DNA from: a virus
Lineage: Duplodnaviria; Caudoviricetes
Strand: one strand, 5' to 3'
Length of the DNA: 30,091 nt
IMG/VR virus record: IMGVR_UViG_3300012664_000223
Location: 1 to 30,091 of that record
The notes beneath the pieces are model-generated. The model saw nothing but the letters and a program-made list of their open reading frames with translations. It had not been told where the DNA came from and did not search any database. The position numbers were made by a program, and so were the translations under genes. Shown here piece after piece: positions 15,607 to 22,176 of the stretch; position 1 is the first letter of the stretch; the number at the start of each line of letters is the position of its first letter.

Positions 15607-16339
15607 TGTTAATTTGTTTAATAATGTCTATGTAAATAAGTCTACTGAGCTCTATCTTTTGCAAGCCATCAAATTCAGCTTGTGCAGATTCACCTAAGAT
15701 AACTTTGTTAGACGCCTTGAATTTAGCCTCTACTTTTTGCTTAGCTATATCTTCAAACCTTGCCCATACTTCGGGCTCCCACATAGATTTTTTATAGATG
15801 CCTTGCTTAAATAGACGCTGGCAGTTGTAAGGTGCAGATATCTCTACCCAAGTCTCCTTACCATTCTTATAGCGCTCCGCATCAGCGTGCAGAGCATCTA
15901 TAGGATTAGTAGGTTCAGCTCTTACAATTTCAGCTTCAGGTAAGATAAGAGCCTTATTTAACTCTCTCCATACCTTAGCTTTGTATTCCTCATAGCGCTT
16001 AAGCACATCGGCCATAAAGCTTATGCTGAATAGGTTAAAAGCTTCTACTCTTTCAAAGTCTTTACCTATCGCGTTATAAAGAAATGCATTCTGCCAATCC
16101 TTAATACTTGTACTCCGATACGTATTTTGCGTAAGTTGCTGAAGTAGAGTTACTTCTATGTCTGAAGGTAAAGCTTTAATTGAATTGATTACAGCAGCCT
16201 GAGCAATTAACTCTCTGAACTCCTGCTCAGATAAAGAGTGTAACTTAGGTGAGCTAATGCACTCAGCTATAGCTCTCTCCTCAGCGCTTAGTGAACGATT
16301 GAAGCTCTGCTGTACTGATGCGGCCAATTCTTTGCTCAT
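15599..16339 (-). CDS. Putative replication protein (helicase-loader position)
   Basis: Directly follows the initiator-like C-terminal domain; likely start MSKELAAS; function inferred from synteny only. Confidence 0.45.
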   Translation of the reverse strand: MSKELAASVQQSFNRSLSAEERAIAECISSPKLHSLSEQEFRELIAQAAVINSIKALPSDIEVTLLQQLTQNTYRSTSIKDWQNAFLYNAIGKDFERVEAFNLFSISFMADVLKRYEEYKAKVWRELNKALILPEAEIVRAEPTNPIDALHADAERYKNGKETWVEISAPYNCQRLFKQGIYKKSMWEPEVWARFEDIAKQKVEAKFKASNKVILGESAQAEFDGLQKIELSRLIYIDIIKQINNG

Positions 16340-16604
16340 CTTGTATTGTTTTAGTTTGGTTAATCTCACGTGCTCTCCACTGATCTGCAGCTGCTCGCCA
16401 GCTCTTCATACTGTTCTTACCTACTTTCCACCCATTGCTTTCATAGTGGCAATAGAATTTCTTAGCTAAGACTAAATCTTCTAAGTAGGTTACTACATCT
16501 GAGAGTGATGGGGGTGTGAATTTGGTAGAGGTAGAGCGCTTAGATTCAAGCGCTTTTACCCTCTCTTCAAGCGCCTCTATGCGCTTTAATAAGATTGTCA
16601 TCAT
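16281..16604 (-). CDS. Stand-alone replication-initiator C-terminal-like domain with coiled coil
   Basis: F-x-PP-x3-DV-x2-Y...KF-x3-YESNGWKVGKNSMKSWRAA-x3-W motif, recalled from the C-termini of phage replication proteins. Confidence 0.7.
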   Translation of the reverse strand: MMTILLKRIEALEERVKALESKRSTSTKFTPPSLSDVVTYLEDLVLAKKFYCHYESNGWKVGKNSMKSWRAAADQWRAREINQTKTIQDEQRIGRISTAELQSFTKR

Positions 16605-16616
16605 TTGGTTTATTGA

Positions 16617-17066
16617 TTAGTGATTGGCCAAATATAGTAAAATTCTTTTCCACCAAGGCAGTGCTACAGCTTTTTTTACTCTTGGCTTATAGCTACGCTT
16701 AGATTCAATCTTAGGCATATTGACTAATCCAAGCATGTCAGTATCAGCTTTAGGTAACTGGTTGTAACCGGTTACTTCATTTCTTCTGCTATAAAATTTC
16801 TGCAGGTGTTTAGTCTGAATATCTTTTACTCTATAAAAATCTTTACGCTCTAAAACAGGCTTAATAACTTCTACTTTATGGCCATTTATCCTTACTAAAA
16901 TTCGAGCCTTGACTAAATATTGTATGTAAGATCCTGATAGCCCTACTTGCCTTAAAGATTTAGTTGCGTTATTTGTCTTAGCAATTAAATCTATACCAGC
17001 TTGTAATCTTTCTAATGTCAAAGGCTGCTTTGTTTTTTTCTCGAATTGCATTGTGGTTTGTTTCAT
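16617..17066 (-). CDS. Hypothetical basic protein
   Basis: 149-aa ORF ending PWWKRIL. Confidence 0.7.
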   Translation of the reverse strand: MKQTTMQFEKKTKQPLTLERLQAGIDLIAKTNNATKSLRQVGLSGSYIQYLVKARILVRINGHKVEVIKPVLERKDFYRVKDIQTKHLQKFYSRRNEVTGYNQLPKADTDMLGLVNMPKIESKRSYKPRVKKAVALPWWKRILLYLANH

Positions 17067-17087
17067 GATTATTTGATTTGTGATTAT

Positions 17088-17279
17088 TTATTTATGCTTG
17101 TGAAAATTCTTGTTATACAAGTTCATTAATTTTGTTTCTTGCTCTATGTAATCAATTCCAGTTAGACCTTTTAAAATCTTTTCTTTTAAATCATTTTCAA
17201 AATGTCTTTCAAGACATAGTGATAAAAGTCTTACAATGATATCATCGTTTTCTTCCTCTGTTAATTTTAAATTGCTCAT
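17088..17279 (-). CDS. Hypothetical protein (AT-rich)
   Basis: 63-aa ORF with A-rich leader. Confidence 0.6.
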   Translation of the reverse strand: MSNLKLTEEENDDIIVRLLSLCLERHFENDLKEKILKGLTGIDYIEQETKLMNLYNKNFHKHK

Positions 17280-17283
17280 TTTT

Positions 17284-17772
17284 TTATTGAGTTAATTTAT
17301 TATACACTCTCTGCAAATTAGCATCTTGTAGCTTATCTAAAATAGACTGTACACATGCCCGATATAATGGATCAGTCTGCAGCATTGCCTCTACGTGATT
17401 AATAGCGTGCAGGATAGTAGCGTGATGCCTTACAAATATTAGCCCTACATTTTGAAAGCTCATGCTGGTCCCGTTGCGAACTACCCACATACATATCTGC
17501 CTGATATCATTCACCTCTCTATGCCTGCTCCTGCCTTTAAGCTGTTCCCAAGTGCAGTAGCCATGCTCAAATATAATCTGTAACATCTCCTTAGCCTTGG
17601 CTTCATTAAGTGATTCTGCTATACCGTTAATTGATTTCCACTTAAGCTCCGGTATATCACTCTCATTTACAGCTCGCACTAAGTTATCTAATCTTTGACG
17701 TGCGAACTGCTGCCCATCTGCAGGTATTAGCAGCAATATATCTGCTATCTTTCTATCTATTACTTTACTCAT
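17284..17772 (-). CDS. DnaA C-terminal (domain IV) HTH-containing protein
   Basis: LKGRSRHREVNDIRQICMW...SFQNVGLIFVRHHATILHAI matches the DnaA domain IV signature; no AAA+ domain. Confidence 0.85.
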   Translation of the reverse strand: MSKVIDRKIADILLLIPADGQQFARQRLDNLVRAVNESDIPELKWKSINGIAESLNEAKAKEMLQIIFEHGYCTWEQLKGRSRHREVNDIRQICMWVVRNGTSMSFQNVGLIFVRHHATILHAINHVEAMLQTDPLYRACVQSILDKLQDANLQRVYNKLTQ

Positions 17773-18002
17773 TTGCTATCCTTCATTAGTTCGATTATGT
17801 ATGGTATCTCCTCCTCAGTTATTGTAGCAAGCTTACCTATGTGCGTTACCTTCATAGTGAATGGCTGCTTAATAAACTTTTGAGCTGTTGGGTAACTTAC
17901 CTCCAGCACTTCCGCAAAGGCTGCGACAGTCATAAAATGACTGCGCACCCATGCGTGAAATGGAGTAAGCTTAGAATGGCATTTCATCGTCTGCACTTTC
18001 AT
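17769..18002 (-). CDS. Cro/XRE-like HTH protein (start uncertain)
   Basis: TVAAFAEVLEVSYPTAQKFIKQP HTH pattern. Confidence 0.6.
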   Translation of the reverse strand: MKVQTMKCHSKLTPFHAWVRSHFMTVAAFAEVLEVSYPTAQKFIKQPFTMKVTHIGKLATITEEEIPYIIELMKDSK

Positions 18003-18600
18003 TTGTTATAGCTAATTTAGTTTCAATTACTGACTCACCTTTAAGCCATGCTAAAAATATCTCAGCTGTATCTAACACATCACCTGGCTTACTACCTTTC
18101 TGCTCTTTGCAGAATAGAACAGCATTGTTTAGAGCTACTGATTTAGAAATAGAGTTCTGCACATCAGGGGATTCTTTGCGGTAATTAGAACTGCTATTCA
18201 CCGCACCGCTTGGCGCAGATTGAGCTGTAGTACCTGGATACTGCATTGGATTCTGCATCTTAAAGTTAGTGCTCTTCTTACCCGTAGGGCCAGTGCGCTC
18301 TTCGGCAATGTAGTGAATAGTAGCGCCTACTGCAATCTTAGGACTCTGCATATCCTTTACACCTACCTGGCCTACCTCTCCATTTTCTAACACAAGATCA
18401 AAATAATAGATTGTACCTGATGGGCCATTCCAATCTCTAACGAATTTCTGTGATTTTACTACTGACTGATTCATAACTGTTTGTTTTATTTTGTTTTGAT
18501 TAATATACGTACTTAATTTATCTGCTAACTTTTCTTCCATCTCATCCCAATCTATCTCAGGCTTGAGTTTGTTCCAATCAGGCTCTCTATTGTAGCTCAT
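17971..18600 (-). CDS. Putative single-stranded DNA-binding/annealing protein
   Basis: Beta-rich core, low-complexity linker and SSB-type acidic tail ADDEMPF; start at 18600 or 18473. Confidence 0.6.
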   Translation of the reverse strand: MSYNREPDWNKLKPEIDWDEMEEKLADKLSTYINQNKIKQTVMNQSVVKSQKFVRDWNGPSGTIYYFDLVLENGEVGQVGVKDMQSPKIAVGATIHYIAEERTGPTGKKSTNFKMQNPMQYPGTTAQSAPSGAVNSSSNYRKESPDVQNSISKSVALNNAVLFCKEQKGSKPGDVLDTAEIFLAWLKGESVIETKLAITNESADDEMPF

Positions 18601-18754
18601 GTGGATTATTGATGAAGTGCGCTCTCCAATTTTCGTAGGCCGTTGTGCCTTTAGCATATTGAAGATGCTGTACTATTTCATTGTAATTCAGTTGCTCTCC
18701 CGCTACTGAACTCTGCACGCAGATGAAGCGGCTCTTTGCGCGATCAGATAACAT
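18587..18754 (-). CDS. Hypothetical protein (55 aa; likely start MLSDRAK)
   Basis: Trimmed start removes most of the overlap with 18744-18977. Confidence 0.55.
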   Translation of the reverse strand: MLSDRAKSRFICVQSSVAGEQLNYNEIVQHLQYAKGTTAYENWRAHFINNPHELQ

Positions 18755-18977
18755 AGCGGTCAGACATAAAATAGTCATGCACATTATTCTCATCTTCGCT
18801 CTCAAACTGGTATAAGAATGTCCCATCTTCAGGGAATACCTCACCATGCTTCTTGGCAATTGAGAAATCATTTAAAGAATAGGAGTGTGCTGATGTGTAC
18901 AGTCTCCATGTGCAAGCCTCGGCATCCCACCGACTTACAATAACCCTACCGGTTAGATTGTTGTTTGGTTTATTCAT
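18744..18977 (-). CDS. Hypothetical early protein
   Basis: 77-aa ORF with A-rich leader. Confidence 0.7.
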   Translation of the reverse strand: MNKPNNNLTGRVIVSRWDAEACTWRLYTSAHSYSLNDFSIAKKHGEVFPEDGTFLYQFESEDENNVHDYFMSDRYVI

Positions 18978-18998
18978 GATATTGATTATTTTGCTAAT

Positions 18999-19229
18999 TT
19001 AAGAAAGTTTTTCTATTTCGATTAAGAATCCTTCACCTTCAATAGAATATTCTGTGAACTCTTCCTGGAAGGGCAGAGTCTCTTTGAAGTTGTAAAGGTC
19101 GAATAGCATTAGTGCCATCTGCTGAGCTATTTCAAAAGTCTCAGCTTCGAAGCGTGTAGGAATCTTTAAGCGGCTGTATAAGCTAATTGTATCCTCGCGT
19201 AGTGGAGTTACTTTAAGTACGAAGCTCAT
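18999..19229 (-). CDS. Hypothetical early protein
   Basis: 76-aa ORF with ATGA coupling. Confidence 0.7.
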   Translation of the reverse strand: MSFVLKVTPLREDTISLYSRLKIPTRFEAETFEIAQQMALMLFDLYNFKETLPFQEEFTEYSIEGEGFLIEIEKLS

Positions 19230-19408
19230 AACTCTACCTCCTTACTTAATAAGATAGTTTTAGTAGGCACCCAGGTAATAGCTTGCTCATACTCAGCCTT
19301 AGCCTCTTCAAAGGTTTCAAATGATTTAATGTAGCTGCCATCAATTTTTAAGTAGTAGCGTGTGCCATCGTACTTAGCTTGCTCTTCAATTTCAAATAGT
19401 TTTTTCAT
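19226..19408 (-). CDS. Hypothetical early protein
   Basis: 60-aa ORF in the tiled operon. Confidence 0.7.
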   Translation of the reverse strand: MKKLFEIEEQAKYDGTRYYLKIDGSYIKSFETFEEAKAEYEQAITWVPTKTILLSKEVEL

Positions 19409-19713
19409 TTATTTAAGGTATTTGGGGTTGGTAATTCTTTCCATGATGTTTTTTCAAGATCGTTTATTACTTCTTGAATTTCTTGCAATCTTAAATCGCA
19501 GCCTTCATCCCATTCTGCATTGCCACATTTCATATCTTCCCAATGACATTTAGCCAGTTTAAGTGCTGAATTAATAGTCCTTACTTGCTCTTTAAAGAGA
19601 AGAGGAATTTTGCATATTGCTATTTCTTCGCTCATATTATTTTGATTTACGTTTAAAAAATTATCGTTAATGTTTGCAAGGTCATTGCAAAACTCATCTA
19701 TCCATTGACTCAT
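19405..19713 (-). CDS. Hypothetical early protein
   Basis: 102-aa ORF; alternative internal start MSEEIA. Confidence 0.65.
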   Translation of the reverse strand: MSQWIDEFCNDLANINDNFLNVNQNNMSEEIAICKIPLLFKEQVRTINSALKLAKCHWEDMKCGNAEWDEGCDLRLQEIQEVINDLEKTSWKELPTPNTLNK

Positions 19714-19823
19714 TTGCTGATGTGATTAGGTTGTGATTCTAATTTAGCTGTGTCTGCATCGAATGATCCTCCGATGAGTAGGCCTGCTATTAGCATGGCG
19801 AGAAAGAGTAGTGCTTTTTTCAT
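19710..19823 (-). CDS. Small hydrophobic peptide (37 aa), first gene of the early operon
   Basis: MKKALLFLAMLIAGLLIGGSFDADTAKLESQPNHISK; about 20 nt after the promoter; ATGA coupling to the next gene. Confidence 0.75.
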   Translation of the reverse strand: MKKALLFLAMLIAGLLIGGSFDADTAKLESQPNHISK

Positions 19824-19845
19824 TTGCTTATTGATTTAATTTTAG

Positions 19846-19876
19846 CAAATGTACTACTATATTTTAGAAAAGCAAA
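19846..19876 (-). promoter_or_regulatory. Consensus Bacteroidota sigma-A early promoter
   Basis: TTTG-N19-TACATTTG. Confidence 0.85.
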
Positions 19877-19896
19877 AGAAACCTTACTAATTATAG

Positions 19897-19904
19897 CAAA
19901 GTTA
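19897..19904 (-). promoter_or_regulatory. Second tandem -7 element TAACTTTG
   Basis: Matches TAnnTTTG; both tandem elements are followed by CTA. Confidence 0.55.
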
Positions 19905-19923
19905 TTAACAAAGATTTGTTAGC

Positions 19924-20322
19924 TTAGAAAAATATAGTGAAGATAATACCCCCTATAAATGAGATGGGAATACCTATTAGCGCTGTGCTGCGCCAAGATT
20001 CTTTACGTGCAGCTTCTTTGTATAGCTGCTCCTGTGATTTGATTAATTGCTGTGATGTCTTTTCGTTGGTTAGCGCCCATGCATCTATAGACTTCTGCTG
20101 ATCCTTAATAACAATGGCTGAAATGCTATCCGATTTAGATAGCGTGATGAACTGAGTCTTAAGATAATCTCTCTCTGCCTTTAACTTAAGTAATGCTCTT
20201 ACTTGCTCACTCGTTAAGCTGACCAGGGTATCTCTCTTCGGTAAGGCTTGAGAGTAGATTGTGCATGGCTCTGCGCAGCCCATGCTTATCAAGAGAATCA
20301 ATAGCATTAATATTCGCTTCAT
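19924..20322 (-). CDS. Spanin-like protein (signal peptide/lipobox, coiled coil, C-terminal TM)
   Basis: MKRILMLLILLISMGC N-terminus, helical middle and hydrophobic C-terminus; overlaps the upstream gene by 116 bp. Confidence 0.55.
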   Translation of the reverse strand: MKRILMLLILLISMGCAEPCTIYSQALPKRDTLVSLTSEQVRALLKLKAERDYLKTQFITLSKSDSISAIVIKDQQKSIDAWALTNEKTSQQLIKSQEQLYKEAARKESWRSTALIGIPISFIGGIIFTIFF

Positions 20323-20563
20323 AGATTTGTGTGTTACGTTCTAACTGCTGATTAAGCTCTTCTATTTGTAGCATGCGCTGGGCATTTGTAGCTTCTAAAG
20401 AATCAATAACGTGCGTAGCTCTATCAGCTCTGCGCTCATAGCCTTCAATAGCCTTCTTGCTGTCTTTTAAAGCAATATACATTATTTGCATAGTGGCGCA
20501 GATGGTAATAGCTACCACTATAACTACAGCTGCTTTAATTTGATTCTGAGCTTGTTGAGTCAT
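20207..20563 (-). CDS. i-spanin-like protein
   Basis: N-terminal TM followed by a coiled coil, within the lysis cassette. Confidence 0.55.
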   Translation of the reverse strand: MTQQAQNQIKAAVVIVVAITICATMQIMYIALKDSKKAIEGYERRADRATHVIDSLEATNAQRMLQIEELNQQLERNTQIYEANINAIDSLDKHGLRRAMHNLLSSLTEERYPGQLNE

Positions 20564-20780
20564 TTGATTTCTTTTTGGTAAAGATAGATTCTATAACTGT
20601 TAACCCCATACCTCCACCTGCTAAAATCAGCAAGCCATCGAACATGTATTCAGGAGTCTTATACTCTGTGAATGTTCCAATGTAAGATAGGTTAATGCAG
20701 ACTAATAACGCAAGTATAGACGCTACTCTTTTATGGCTTGCATCTTTATCGTTACTGAATATGCTTTTAATCCAGCTCAT
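20535..20780 (-). CDS. Putative holin (2 TM)
   Basis: S-x-KR followed by two hydrophobic helices and a basic C-terminus. Confidence 0.65.
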   Translation of the reverse strand: MSWIKSIFSNDKDASHKRVASILALLVCINLSYIGTFTEYKTPEYMFDGLLILAGGGMGLTVIESIFTKKKSNDSTSSESN

Positions 20781-20953
20781 CTCTTTTTCTTACTCATCTT
20801 GTAGATGGTGAATATTGAAGCTACAGCTGATAGCAATAGACAAAATATCTTAAGTGCAAATTCTACATCTAACATCCATGCAGGCACGGATAAAAGAATG
20901 CTGCTAACTGTTCCTGTTACTCCTTCTGCTATCTGTTGTTGGTTAGTGCTCAT
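20777..20953 (-). CDS. Small membrane protein (58 aa), holin/antiholin-like
   Basis: MSTNQQQIAEGVTGTVSSILLSVPAWMLDVEFALKIFCLLLSAVASIFTIYKMSKKKR; ATGA overlaps at both ends. Confidence 0.75.
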   Translation of the reverse strand: MSTNQQQIAEGVTGTVSSILLSVPAWMLDVEFALKIFCLLLSAVASIFTIYKMSKKKR

Positions 20954-21495
20954 GCCTCGTGAAGTAGTGTATAAGTGAATGACTTTTTACCTGACTTAAT
21001 ACAAGCTTGAATAAGCTCTTTGAATTGTGTTGGATTATTCAACACTTGGCAACCTGCGCTCCACTTATCAATGTTGCGAGATTCTGTTAATTCATTAGCA
21101 CGATGAATGTTAATTCCAAATAGGCCTGTATCTTCCTTGCCTTGCTCCTCAGCTACTGAATCTTTATCAGCATCTCTGAATACGGTTACCTTCTTAGACT
21201 GCACTAAAGCGCTATACTTGCCCTGATGTAAGCCTATTACCCAAGTGTCTACATATTGTCCTGCTTTCAAAACTGCTGTGCCTAACTTATTGATTGGATT
21301 ATTGAGCCAAAAAGTACCTGGATTAGTTGTGCCGGTGTACCACTTCACCTCGTTACCTTGCACCAATCCTATTAGATCGTCAAATTTATTAGGCTCATTA
21401 GCCTTGCTGCGGATACCTACGATATGAATTGTCGGCCACTTATAGCCAAGCTCTGTGAACTGAGTCTTAAGCTCTTCTATTGTTGGTGCTTTCAT
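20950..21495 (-). CDS. Putative endolysin (YkuD/L,D-peptidase-like His-Cys motif)
   Basis: GINIH-x14-SAGCQV; lies upstream of the holin and spanin genes. Confidence 0.6.
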   Translation of the reverse strand: MKAPTIEELKTQFTELGYKWPTIHIVGIRSKANEPNKFDDLIGLVQGNEVKWYTGTTNPGTFWLNNPINKLGTAVLKAGQYVDTWVIGLHQGKYSALVQSKKVTVFRDADKDSVAEEQGKEDTGLFGINIHRANELTESRNIDKWSAGCQVLNNPTQFKELIQACIKSGKKSFTYTLLHEA

Positions 21496-21580
21496 GCTTT
21501 CTAAGTTCTTTATCTCGTTTGTTTAAATAGACTTTGAGCTTTTTCTCATAGTCTTTACGTGTTTTTTCTTCCTTTGTCAT
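21467..21580 (-). CDS. Small basic peptide (37 aa)
   Basis: MTKEEKTRKDYEKKLKVYLNKRDKELRKHESTNNRRA; fills the gap between adaptor and lysin. Confidence 0.55.
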   Translation of the reverse strand: MTKEEKTRKDYEKKLKVYLNKRDKELRKHESTNNRRA

Positions 21581-21585
21581 GTATA

Positions 21586-22158
21586 TTAGTTAGTGAAATC
21601 TCTCACGTTGAATCTGCTCCAAGCGCTATCATAATTTCTTCCCTCACTAAAAGCTACAGTGCTCTGCCTGTTCACTTTGCGCAATGGGTGAATATCAGGG
21701 AAGTTATTAGAGCTGTATTCAGGGTAGCTGCTGCTATTGTCGCAAAGATAATCTACTAATCTCTGAGTGTACCACTGTGCATTTTCACGCGCTTTCTCTA
21801 CCAATGAATCCATCTCACCCTTAGTGATGGCTGTAGTATTTTCAGATTGACGTGTAACTAAGTTACCATTATCATGCTTGTACATTAAGAATGGGTAAAG
21901 CTCTACCATTGTCCACCATGCTGTAGGCTTTACAATGTATTCGTTTAATAAAGTCTCATAGACTCCACTCAAAGTGCCATTCTCTATCTCAGATTTAATC
22001 TTGTTAGTTAAATCAGTTCCAAGGTACAAAGTCATGTATTTATCTTGAGCCAAATACATGGCAGGGCGAATAAGGTTAGTATCTACAGCTTCATTAAGCT
22101 GAGTGTATTTCTTAAGAAACTCTTCGTTAATGAATAATATTTCGGGTGCTATTGCCAT
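21586..22158 (-). CDS. Head-tail adaptor/connector
   Basis: Directly follows the portal; AQD-x5-YLGTDL and L-x-DYL-x6-YPEY motifs. Confidence 0.7.
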   Translation of the reverse strand: MAIAPEILFINEEFLKKYTQLNEAVDTNLIRPAMYLAQDKYMTLYLGTDLTNKIKSEIENGTLSGVYETLLNEYIVKPTAWWTMVELYPFLMYKHDNGNLVTRQSENTTAITKGEMDSLVEKARENAQWYTQRLVDYLCDNSSSYPEYSSNNFPDIHPLRKVNRQSTVAFSEGRNYDSAWSRFNVRDFTN

Positions 22159-22176
22159 TGTGTGTTAGTTTAATTG

